Source: an uncultured Candidatus Micrarchaeota archaeon
GTDB lineage: Archaea; Micrarchaeota; Micrarchaeia; Anstonellales; Bilamarchaeaceae
DNA length: 64,000 nt
Assembly: GCA_963714085.1 (NCBI GenBank)
Contig: OY970229.1
Location: 1,024,001-1,088,000, forward strand
Direction of reading: 5' to 3'
The translations under genes were made by a program, and so were the position numbers. The notes beneath the pieces are model-generated. The model saw only the letters and a program-made list of their open reading frames with translations. It ran no database searches and had not been told where the DNA came from. Of the stretch, positions 9,656 to 18,553 are shown in pieces. The stretch's first letter is position 1, and each line of letters starts with the position of its first letter.

Positions 9656-11104
9656 TTATTTGGGCGTAATCAGCCAGTTTAAGAACGCGAGTACACCATA
9701 GCCGACGAGCGGAAGACCTATTAGCGTTAGGATAATCTGAGCTGCTATCTGACGCTCGGAATTCCAAAAAGTTTTGCCCGGTTTCTGAAACCTGCCAAGC
9801 TCCTGTTCAGATTCCTCTGAGGCGACCGGAGCCGCTCGTTTCGTTGGGGCTGGCGGCCGAACAGGCGCAGCGCGAGCCGGAGGTACCGCAGGCCGTTGAA
9901 CCATTGGAACTGGAGGCCGGACAGGCGCAGGCCGGGACGCTTGTTGCGCAGCAACCGCCAGTGGATGTTCGAGTTTCGTAGCTAGCGGCCGAAGAGGAAC
10001 AGCTGTATGCGCCGGCTCCGAAGTCGATGTGCCGTCGTCACGACGTACTATCCTCGTCAACTTCACTCTCACAGACCCGAACATCAGTTCGTCGCCTTTC
10101 CTAATCGGTCCTTTGGTGGTTCTTATTCCATTGACGTAAGTGCCGTTGCTAGAACCGAGGTCGACTATGTGGCAATCGGTATCAGTCAGTTCTATCAATG
10201 CATGCATCTCCGAAACCGATGGGTCGTCGATGTACACAACCGAATACGGGAGTTTGCCTATGCTGATGATGTCGCGTTTCAGATAGGGTCTATGCCATAC
10301 CTTGATTTCCTCGAACGCCGGACCGTCTGGTCTCAATTCGGAAAACCCGATGAAAGAGCTGCTTTCTTTTGCATTGGCAAGTGCCGACACCCTAACAATT
10401 GGCGCCGATTCCTGGACAGGCGCAGCGCGAGCCGGAGGAGCTGCCGACGTCTGAACAGAGGCAGCTGCATGTGTCGGCTCTGAAGCTGACGCATCCGGGC
10501 TCCATTCTATCTTCGTCACCATCAATTTCACATCTCCCACTCTTATCTCGTCGCCTTGCTTGATGGACGGTCCCGCTCCCCACATGGAGATTCTTTTTCC
10601 ATTGACATAAGTGCCTTGGGAACCACAATCCACTATCATGCAAACAGTCCTGCACAGCTTTATTGCCGCATGCCTCTTCGAAACTGTCAAGTCGTCGACG
10701 ACGATATGCGAATTCTCGAGTGTCCCTATTTCAATGTTGACTACGGCGGCGTCCAGATTAGATCCATGCACCGTGATTTCCGGGCCTAGCGAGTCGTCTG
10801 CTCTCACTTCGCGAAACACAAACGAAGATCTGCTCGGGTTTATATGATGACCTACTGACACCCGGCCAACAATTGGAGCCGCCGCCTTAGCAGCAGGCGC
10901 AGCCGCTTTTTGAGCAACGGCCGGTGGAGCAACTTGAGCAGGCGCGTCTGCACTCCTCGCGCCTTCTGGCTGGATTTTGTGCGGTTCCAGTGCGTCAGCC
11001 GCCGGCTTTGCTTGGGGCGGTCGGTTTCCAGACGGTTTGCTTCCTTGAGCCAGGAGCGCTGCCCTGAAGCTTGCTAGGACCGGATCGACGTTCTTTGCCA
11101 TCAC
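9656..11104 (-). CDS. Double-FHA-domain protein with C-terminal transmembrane anchor
   Basis: Two FHA signatures (IG..VS..HA..G.YVNG); Pro/Ala-rich linkers; hydrophobic C-terminus. Confidence 0.85.
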   Translation of the reverse strand: MMAKNVDPVLASFRAALLAQGSKPSGNRPPQAKPAADALEPHKIQPEGARSADAPAQVAPPAVAQKAAAPAAKAAAPIVGRVSVGHHINPSRSSFVFREVRADDSLGPEITVHGSNLDAAVVNIEIGTLENSHIVVDDLTVSKRHAAIKLCRTVCMIVDCGSQGTYVNGKRISMWGAGPSIKQGDEIRVGDVKLMVTKIEWSPDASASEPTHAAASVQTSAAPPARAAPVQESAPIVRVSALANAKESSSFIGFSELRPDGPAFEEIKVWHRPYLKRDIISIGKLPYSVVYIDDPSVSEMHALIELTDTDCHIVDLGSSNGTYVNGIRTTKGPIRKGDELMFGSVRVKLTRIVRRDDGTSTSEPAHTAVPLRPLATKLEHPLAVAAQQASRPAPVRPPVPMVQRPAVPPARAAPVRPPAPTKRAAPVASEESEQELGRFQKPGKTFWNSERQIAAQIILTLIGLPLVGYGVLAFLNWLITPK

Positions 11105-11117
11105 CGCACCGTTCCGC

Positions 11118-13283
11118 TCATTTGGATACTGACAATCTGAGTGCTTCGGCCATCATGTTGAACCTGTCAGTGATCTCAGCAGCGCCGCCCGTGTCCCTGT
11201 CTACGACCGTGCCATCGCGCAGTTTGTCACTTTGTTTGCACCTCTCAATCATCCTCTTGGCAGATTCCGTGTCTCCGATTTCGACGTATGTGAGCCCTGC
11301 TTTCCTATAATCCCCACCAGCCTCGCTGTTCTTGGCGCTCATGCGCAGGGCTTCCATTTCCACGCCGCTCGGGCATCCCTTCGGCACCGTCCTTGCGCAC
11401 CTGCCCGGGTCGGCTATCTGCGCGTCGAGGAGCGTACTCATCTCAGCGCTGAGTTGTTCAGCGGGATCCGCATCTGCTGGCGCGGGGGTCCCTTCACCGT
11501 TTTTTGAGTACTGTCTCAAGTCTTTCGCTATGATGTCCCTTGCTTTGTCCCACTCTCCCAGTCTGAAGCGAGCGCGTACGGCAGTTGTATAATACCCGAG
11601 CTTTTTGCCCTGGTCAGCGGCAGAATCTCCAAGCTTTTCGTATTGCTCAGCGACAGTTCTCACTTCCCTTTTATCGGCATCTGAAAGGCACCCCTTGGGC
11701 AGAGGGCCGGGCCTGCAGCTCTTGATTTTGTCAGCCATCTGCGTTATGCGGGCCTGCCTCTCCGCAGCGCGCGCTTCCGCGGCCTTTCTCTCATTGTGGT
11801 GGTGTAATCCAATCAGAGCCGCGCATGCGGCGAAACCCGCAAGCGCCACGACTGCGATGGTTCTTTTTTTTGGCAAATGAGTAAGGCCCGTACGCTTTGC
11901 CTGGGTAGGGGCTGATGTTGGTGCAGCTGTTGGCGGCTGAACCGGACCAGCAGGAGCCGGCGGAACACGAGTGCCCGCAATAGCCGGAGGAACTACAGGC
12001 GGCTGCTTGGCGGGGGCAGGGCGAGCCTGCCGAATAGGAGGCGGCAGTTGAACTCCTGTAGCCGGCGGCCTAACGGGTGCGACAGGTTGCGGGTGGGTGG
12101 GAGCAGCTTCGCGCACCGGCTCGCCTGCACTGTAGGTTAGCCTCTGCACCCGGAATCTCACAGCTCCCACTCTTATCGTGTTGCCTTCTTCAAGCAAGCC
12201 TTCAAGCGCGGGGCCCGTGATTTTCTTTTCACCTTCGCCTTTATCGACAAAAGTGCCATTACTAGAACCATTATCAAATATCTGGCAATGACCATTGACC
12301 AGACCTATCGTTGCATGCCTCCTAGAAACTGTTTCGTCTTCTAGTCCGAGCACGCAATCTTCGAGTTTACCTATTCTGACGAATGGCACCTTTTCAAATT
12401 TGAATTCGGCGAGTGTCGAGCCATCCGGTCCTATCTGGGCAAGCTGAATCGAAAACCTGGTTGCAATCAGATGGGCGGCTGAAGGCCGCGCTAATGGTGC
12501 AACAAACGGAGCGTCTTTCGGCGGCTGAACAGCTGCAGCCGGAGGGGCTGCGGGCTCTTTTAGCGGGAAAACTGGCGCTCGCCCGATTGCGGTTTTATGC
12601 GAAACCTGGGCAGCACGAGCCGTAGGGACTGCCGATGACTGAACGGGGGCAGGCGCATGTTCCGATTCTGGAGTTAAAGGAGCGGGGTCGTATTTTATCC
12701 TCGTCACCTTCAATTCCACATCCCCGAATTTTAGCACGTCGCCTTCCTTGAACGACCATTTGGCGATTTTTTCTCCATTGATACAAGTGCCTCGCGTAGA
12801 ACCAAGGTCAATTAGTTCGTAACCCTTCTCTGAAAGCTCTACCACTGCATGCATCCTCGAAACCGTTACGTCATCGACGATGATATGTGAAGTCGGGAGT
12901 TTGCCTATTTTCAAGGCGACTAACTTTCTGTCCGAATAGAATTCCCCATGTACTATGATTTCCGGACCTAGCGAGCCGTCCCTTAATTCGGAAACCACAA
13001 ACAAAGAATTGCTCGGGCTTATATGACTGCCTACCGAAACACAGCCCGCGGTTGGAGCCGCTGGCTTAACAGCAGGCGGAGCCGCTTTTGGCGCAGCAGC
13101 CGGTGGAGCAACTTGAGCGGGCGCTTTAGCTTCAACACCTCTTGCGCCTTCTGGCGGAGCTTTGTGTGGTTCCACTGCGTCAGCCGCCTTTGCTTGGGGT
13201 GGTTGGTTTCCAGACGCTTTGCTTCTTTGAATCACGAGCGCTGCCCTAAATCCTGCGAGTCGGTCGTCTTTTTTTTCTGCCAT
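11118..13283 (-). CDS. Double-FHA-domain membrane protein with C-terminal helical-repeat domain (paralog of 9656..11104)
   Basis: IGKL..VSRMH..DLGSTRGT and IGKL..VSRRH..GSSNGT; TM helix IAVVALAGFAACAALIGL; N-terminus similar to neighbour. Confidence 0.85.
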   Translation of the reverse strand: MAEKKDDRLAGFRAALVIQRSKASGNQPPQAKAADAVEPHKAPPEGARGVEAKAPAQVAPPAAAPKAAPPAVKPAAPTAGCVSVGSHISPSNSLFVVSELRDGSLGPEIIVHGEFYSDRKLVALKIGKLPTSHIIVDDVTVSRMHAVVELSEKGYELIDLGSTRGTCINGEKIAKWSFKEGDVLKFGDVELKVTRIKYDPAPLTPESEHAPAPVQSSAVPTARAAQVSHKTAIGRAPVFPLKEPAAPPAAAVQPPKDAPFVAPLARPSAAHLIATRFSIQLAQIGPDGSTLAEFKFEKVPFVRIGKLEDCVLGLEDETVSRRHATIGLVNGHCQIFDNGSSNGTFVDKGEGEKKITGPALEGLLEEGNTIRVGAVRFRVQRLTYSAGEPVREAAPTHPQPVAPVRPPATGVQLPPPIRQARPAPAKQPPVVPPAIAGTRVPPAPAGPVQPPTAAPTSAPTQAKRTGLTHLPKKRTIAVVALAGFAACAALIGLHHHNERKAAEARAAERQARITQMADKIKSCRPGPLPKGCLSDADKREVRTVAEQYEKLGDSAADQGKKLGYYTTAVRARFRLGEWDKARDIIAKDLRQYSKNGEGTPAPADADPAEQLSAEMSTLLDAQIADPGRCARTVPKGCPSGVEMEALRMSAKNSEAGGDYRKAGLTYVEIGDTESAKRMIERCKQSDKLRDGTVVDRDTGGAAEITDRFNMMAEALRLSVSK

Positions 13284-13368
13284 TGCTATCCGCCTCTCTT
13301 ATCACATGTAATAGTAGGTGTATAAATGAGGCAAACTGTTTAAAAATCCACCACACCCGCGCTTTTTC

Positions 13369-14211
13369 TCAAACAAGTCCTTTCGCTTTCAGCACAGGCA
13401 TGAAATCCACTTCGGAGACACCGGACGCTATGGAATTGGTCGCGAACACCCCGTCGCACGACGCCCTGAGCCTCTGCAGCGAGTCCTTGAGGAAGAATCC
13501 GTGCGTTGCTGCGCAGAGGACCTTTTTCGCACCTCCTTTCCTCACGTTCTCCACAGCCCTCACCATGGTGCCGCCGGTGGACACCATGTCGTCCAGGATG
13601 AGCACGTTCTTCCCCTTCACGTCGAAACCGCGCTCGAGCTTCTCGATCCTCCTGTACGTCTCGCTCCCCTGGACGTAATCGCCCCTCAGCTTGCGCATGG
13701 ACTTGCCGCCATGGCCTTCCACCATGTAGTTTGCGCCGACGTCCGGGGAGATGACCTCCAGCTCCCCGACTTTCGACTTCGCGTGGCTTATGAGCGCTTC
13801 TGCCATGGACACGTTCTCTATGGCCAGGCCGCCGTACTCCATCCTGCCCTCCTTTTTGAGGAAATGGCAGTCCAGCGTCACGAGGCGCTCGGCCCCGGCT
13901 GACTTGAGCATCCTGCAGAGCACCTCGGCGCTCAGCGCCTCGCCGTCCAGGAATGTCTTGTCCTGGCGCGAGTACGGGAGGTAAGGCGAGACCAAGACCG
14001 GCTTCGCCCCGGCTCTCCTGAGCGTGTCCAGCATGAGCATGGCCTGGAATATGCACCTGTCCTGCTCGGGGTAGAGCCTGTGGAGGATTTGGACCTCCTT
14101 CCCCTCCAGCGCGGCTATGCCAGGGATGCGGATGTACGCGTCGCCGTCAGGGAAGGTCTTCGTCTCCACGTCCGGTTTCATGAGATCCGCGCAATTAGGG
14201 CTGATGAGCAT
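13369..14211 (-). CDS. prs: Ribose-phosphate pyrophosphokinase (archaeal class III-like)
   Basis: FPDGD, PYLPYSRQDK, SPDVG, ILDDMVSTGGT, ATHG. Confidence 0.95.
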   Translation of the reverse strand: MLISPNCADLMKPDVETKTFPDGDAYIRIPGIAALEGKEVQILHRLYPEQDRCIFQAMLMLDTLRRAGAKPVLVSPYLPYSRQDKTFLDGEALSAEVLCRMLKSAGAERLVTLDCHFLKKEGRMEYGGLAIENVSMAEALISHAKSKVGELEVISPDVGANYMVEGHGGKSMRKLRGDYVQGSETYRRIEKLERGFDVKGKNVLILDDMVSTGGTMVRAVENVRKGGAKKVLCAATHGFFLKDSLQRLRASCDGVFATNSIASGVSEVDFMPVLKAKGLV

Positions 14212-14273
14212 GAGCCTGATTAGCCTGCAAATATATTAAACTCTTGCCCGAGAAAACAGTCCAGGGTGGTGGA

Positions 14274-14795
14274 ATGGCAAAAGTCCTCATGATAGTCGCC
14301 CAGTCCGGTTTCAGGGACGAGGAGCTTCTCGTGCCGCAGGAGGTGCTGGAAGCAGGGAAGCACGAGGTCAAGATCGCGAGCATCGCCAGGTCCAGGGCCA
14401 CGGGCGCGCTCGGCGCGTCGGTGAACCCGGATTTCGCAGTGCACGAGGTGAATCCTGATTTTTTCGACGCCATCGTGGTCGTCGGGGGTCCGGGCGCGAT
14501 GAAGCTCGCCGAGAGCGAGGACGTGCTCAAGTTCGTGCAGGGCGCGTTCAGCAAGGGCAAGATAGTCGCGGCGATATGCCTCGGGCCCGTGACGCTCGCG
14601 AGGGCGGGCGTGCTGGCCGGCAGGCGGGCCACGGTGTTCCGGTCCTCGGACGCCACCAGGGCGCTCAGGGACGGGGGCGCCAGGTACACCGCGGAGCGCG
14701 TGACCGTGGACGGCAAGCTCCTGACCGCGTGCGGCCCGGAGGTGGCCGGCGAGTTCGGAAGGAAGCTCGTTGATATGCTGGAGGGCCGCGAATAG
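14274..14795 (+). CDS. DJ-1/PfpI family protein
   Basis: FRDEE, VVGGPG, AAICLGP nucleophile elbow, LTACGP. Confidence 0.9.
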   Translation: MAKVLMIVAQSGFRDEELLVPQEVLEAGKHEVKIASIARSRATGALGASVNPDFAVHEVNPDFFDAIVVVGGPGAMKLAESEDVLKFVQGAFSKGKIVAAICLGPVTLARAGVLAGRRATVFRSSDATRALRDGGARYTAERVTVDGKLLTACGPEVAGEFGRKLVDMLEGRE

Positions 14796-14869
14796 CTCCG
14801 GAAGGGCGGTTTTTCCAGGACTCCGCCCCGCCGGCAGCTATTTAAAACGTTCGCAGCACAAATGTTGTT

Positions 14870-15565
14870 ATGAGAGGATTAATGCGGAGCTGCCCCGGTA
14901 CGGTTAGGACCGCCGTAACCGTGGCTGCGCTCGGTTTCATCATGCACCTGCCCTCGTATGAGCGGGCTGCGCACGCGATCCCACAAGCGCCGAGGGACGA
15001 AAACGCCCTTGCGGCCGCGAAACCGCAGCAGGGCAAATCCAGGCCGACCGGGGATGGCGGCAGGTTCATGCCTGAGAAGAGCCCGCAGCAGGAGCGGGAA
15101 GAGGCCACATATTCGTTAACCGCATCCATGAGGGTCCGGCCCGGCACTGACGTGATGAAGGCGCTGCTCGATGAGAATTATGACATGCTCCTCCAAAGGC
15201 ACCAAATGCTCGACCCGCTGGCTCCAAGAATAACCTCGGCAAAAGAGGCGGAGGATTGGCTTGCCGCGGAATTGGGCGTGTTCAAGGAAGCCAAGGATTT
15301 CGCCCCAAAAGACCAGCTTGCGATAATGATCGCATCAGTATCCACTCATGCAGGCACCATCCTGAGGACCTGGTCTCTGGAAGGAGGGCAGGAAAAGCCT
15401 GGGCACCCTTACACGAAAGCATATCTGGGTTCCATACGGTCGCACGGCTTCCCGAAGCTGGCAGACTCAGTCGAGCAATGGCTTAAAAACGGGAAAGGAG
15501 ATACACTAACGCTCTACAAAGGCATGCGGGGATGCATGCTAAACGGATGCATGATACCAAGGTGA
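14870..15565 (+). CDS. Hypothetical protein with N-terminal hydrophobic segment
   Basis: 231-aa ORF, TTTAAA upstream, no recognised motif. Confidence 0.55.
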   Translation: MRGLMRSCPGTVRTAVTVAALGFIMHLPSYERAAHAIPQAPRDENALAAAKPQQGKSRPTGDGGRFMPEKSPQQEREEATYSLTASMRVRPGTDVMKALLDENYDMLLQRHQMLDPLAPRITSAKEAEDWLAAELGVFKEAKDFAPKDQLAIMIASVSTHAGTILRTWSLEGGQEKPGHPYTKAYLGSIRSHGFPKLADSVEQWLKNGKGDTLTLYKGMRGCMLNGCMIPR

Positions 15566-15570
15566 TATGA

Positions 15571-16281
15571 ATGGCTCAAATACAAATAGGGTCACAGGAT
15601 CTGGAACGGGCTGTCAGTGCCGCTGCAAGAACCGCATTGAAAGCGGTGAATATCTCGGTCCCTCCCGACCACCAGATATTCTCCGACCTCAGGGATTTTG
15701 CAAACGGCCGGAACCAGCCCAATACAACTGTTGAGCAGGACTTCAATAACGCAGCAAAAGCCAAAAAATTCGTTTCAGTGTTCACATCCGAAATCAAGAA
15801 AGCCGGAGTCTACGAGCAATATGCGAAAACCATGGACGTCACGGCCAGCGGCACCAACGTCGTGTTCACACAGAAGGCGGCCGGTGAAAAAGCTTCTCCC
15901 GCCGTAGGCGAGGCGATCGCATCCGGGCCTCTTGGCGATGCCATCAAGGCAGCTGCGAAAAAGACCGGCGTCACGATTCCAGCAAAAATAGATGTGGCAT
16001 CCTTTGCTCTTGTCTACAAGCCGTACCTGAAGGACAAGGCGGAAGGCAATTATAACGGAGGCGCCACCCTTCAGTTGGTACTCGGGCCAAAAAAAACTGC
16101 GCAGGACTTTGCCGCCACTTTCCTGGGCGCTTTGGACAAACCAACTGCGGTAATCGGCATTACGGCCAAGGTGGTTGAGGACTCGCCTAACAAATTTGCG
16201 GTGGTGCTGGAGATCCCCCCTCTCAACGGGGACATGAAGTTCAGCGACGCGGAAGCATTCAAGCCGAAAAAAGCCAGGTAA
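15571..16281 (+). CDS. Hypothetical protein with apparent two-fold internal repeat
   Basis: 236-aa ORF with AGGTGA RBS upstream. Confidence 0.7.
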   Translation: MAQIQIGSQDLERAVSAAARTALKAVNISVPPDHQIFSDLRDFANGRNQPNTTVEQDFNNAAKAKKFVSVFTSEIKKAGVYEQYAKTMDVTASGTNVVFTQKAAGEKASPAVGEAIASGPLGDAIKAAAKKTGVTIPAKIDVASFALVYKPYLKDKAEGNYNGGATLQLVLGPKKTAQDFAATFLGALDKPTAVIGITAKVVEDSPNKFAVVLEIPPLNGDMKFSDAEAFKPKKAR

Positions 16282-16340
16282 GCGCCCAAACAAAGGCTTT
16301 TTGTTACTTTCTTTCCAATTCCCCATCAGGAGGCATCACT

Positions 16341-16562
16341 ATGATCACCATAGAGCATGCAGGCTGTATCTTCTGCGTCGGATGCTCGTCCGTGTGCCCT
16401 GCAAACGCCATAGAGGCCGTGGGCACCAGGATGAAGCACTATCCTGAGAAATGCATAGACTGCGGGCTTTGCGCCAAGGTCTGCCCGGCGAACGTCATAA
16501 CGCTGCACAAGGGCGTCAAGGACCCAAGCCAGCTGAAGGCATCGAAGGGGGCGGGAAAATGA
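16341..16562 (+). CDS. 2x[4Fe-4S] ferredoxin
   Basis: Two CxxCxxCxxxCP motifs; GGAGG RBS. Confidence 0.95.
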   Translation: MITIEHAGCIFCVGCSSVCPANAIEAVGTRMKHYPEKCIDCGLCAKVCPANVITLHKGVKDPSQLKASKGAGK

Positions 16563-17776
16563 AATACGACCACGACGTCATAGTCATCGGCGGCGGGCCG
16601 GCCGGCTCCACGTTTGCGCGCTACTGCGCGGGCGCTGGCATGGACGTGCTCGTAGTCGACAAGAGGAGGGAGATCGGCGTCCCGGTGCGCTGCGGCGAGG
16701 GCCTCGGCACCAGGGAGGTGCTCGCCCAAGATCTCGAGCTGCCCAAAAGGTGCATATCCACCAATGTCGTCGGAGCGCGGGTGGTCGCTCCCAACGGCAA
16801 GGAGATAATATGGAAGGACCAGGAGACCACGGGCTGGGTGCTCGAGAGGAAGATGTTCGACAAGTGGCTCTGCGAGCTGGCTGTGGACAAGGGCGCCAAG
16901 GTGCACACCTACACGCGCGCCACAGAGCTCGTCGTGGAGAACGGGAAGCCCGCCGGGGTGAAGCTCTCGCACGGCGGCCAGGAGCCCTACGAGGTGCGCG
17001 CGCCGCTCGTCGTCTCGGCGGAAGGCATGGAGAGCATGATCGCGAGGGCGGCAGGCTTCCGGACCGTGCACTCGCTCTACGACGTAGACACGTGCTACCA
17101 GTACGAGATGAAGCCCTATGACCACGAGAACCTCCTCGAGCTCTATTTCGGCAACTCCATCGCGCCACGCGGTTACGTCTGGATATTCCCGAAATCAGAC
17201 CGCAAGGCGAACGTCGGCATCGGCATAGGCGGCAACCACATCAACGCCAAGAAGGGCGCCAGCGGCGTGGACGGCGCAGACCCGAAGGCGTACCTCGAGA
17301 AGTTCATAGCGTCGCATCCCAAGCTCAAGGACGCCAGCACGCTGCTGGATTTCGGCGGCGTGATATCCGTGGGGGCGCCCATGGACGAGTTCGTGAAGGA
17401 CAATTTCATGGTGATCGGCACCGCGGCCAAGCAGGTGGACCCGGTGCACGGCGGCGGGATGGCCGTCGCCATGGAGACCGCGGCGATTGCCGCCAGCACG
17501 GCCATAGACGCCCACAAGAGGAAGGACTTCTCGAAAGCAGCGCTCCTGCCATACGAGGCGAAATGGAAGGCCACGGTCGGGAAGAAGATGGCGAAGCGGC
17601 TCATGCTGCGCAAGGCCATAGAGAAGCTGAACGACGACGACCTGGACTACATCTTCAACGCAATAACCGCCAAAGACCTCAACGAGACCATGGACGGGAA
17701 ATTCGCCGGGCCGGTGGCCAAGATCGTGGCAGGAAGGCCTCAGCTCCTCAAGGTCCTGAGCGCGCTGCTCTCATGA
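16559..17776 (+). CDS. Digeranylgeranylglycerophospholipid (geranylgeranyl) reductase
   Basis: GGGPAG, PVRCGEG, PRGYVWIFPK; ATGA overlap with ferredoxin. Confidence 0.92.
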   Translation: MKYDHDVIVIGGGPAGSTFARYCAGAGMDVLVVDKRREIGVPVRCGEGLGTREVLAQDLELPKRCISTNVVGARVVAPNGKEIIWKDQETTGWVLERKMFDKWLCELAVDKGAKVHTYTRATELVVENGKPAGVKLSHGGQEPYEVRAPLVVSAEGMESMIARAAGFRTVHSLYDVDTCYQYEMKPYDHENLLELYFGNSIAPRGYVWIFPKSDRKANVGIGIGGNHINAKKGASGVDGADPKAYLEKFIASHPKLKDASTLLDFGGVISVGAPMDEFVKDNFMVIGTAAKQVDPVHGGGMAVAMETAAIAASTAIDAHKRKDFSKAALLPYEAKWKATVGKKMAKRLMLRKAIEKLNDDDLDYIFNAITAKDLNETMDGKFAGPVAKIVAGRPQLLKVLSALLS

Positions 17777-18468
17777 CGCCCGCTTGAGAACGATTGCCTT
17801 GCCAAGGGCATGAGGCGCGGCATAAGGCGCGGTTCGACCCTGCGCTTGCGCATCGCCTTAGAAGCGAGGTCCTGGAACCTGTCGTTGCTCAGGGACACCT
17901 CCCTTTCTTTCGTGCCCCTGCGCGCTTCGTGGAAGACGTCCCTGGCGATGAGCATGCCCAGGTCGCCGGGCGCCCTGCCATCATCGAATACCCGCTGGAC
18001 ATCGTGCATTATGCCCAGCAGCATATCCCTGTTGAATTCGGAGGTTGCGATGACGAGCATCTCTCCGGAAAGCAGCGCCCTCCACTCGGAGCGCTGATTG
18101 CTTATGGAGCATATCTGGCCGATGGTCTCGACGCCCAGCGCGATGCTCCTTAGGCAGGCGATGGGCGTATTGCCGAGCTCCACGTTTATCGCATTGGTCC
18201 TGGCCCTCGGAGCCAGTATGTAAGCGCAGGGGACGTCACGGTCGCCGCTCGCGAGTTCTGCCGCCGAGAACACCGCTCCCCACACATCCGAGCGGTTCTG
18301 CTTCAGCCAGTCTGTCAGCCAGATCCCCCTGGCCTTGTGGAACGTGGATATCAGCCTCAGCTTATAGTCAAGCGCGATCATGAGCGTGGACGTGCCGTAT
18401 CCGCTGTCTTCGAAGGCCGGGGAAGCCTCCTTTTTGTCGTATATCCTGCCCCCTGACGGTATCTGCAT
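17740..18468 (-). CDS. Hypothetical protein
   Basis: ~242-aa ORF filling the gap between GGR and thyX; TTTAAAA upstream. Confidence 0.6.
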   Translation of the reverse strand: MQIPSGGRIYDKKEASPAFEDSGYGTSTLMIALDYKLRLISTFHKARGIWLTDWLKQNRSDVWGAVFSAAELASGDRDVPCAYILAPRARTNAINVELGNTPIACLRSIALGVETIGQICSISNQRSEWRALLSGEMLVIATSEFNRDMLLGIMHDVQRVFDDGRAPGDLGMLIARDVFHEARRGTKEREVSLSNDRFQDLASKAMRKRRVEPRLMPRLMPLARQSFSSGRHESSALRTLRS

Positions 18469-18553
18469 GACGTTATTATGCACCGAAATGTTTTAAAACC
18501 TATAAATTAGTGGTTTACAACAGTATAAAAACTCTTTCTGGAAAAAGCCGCAC

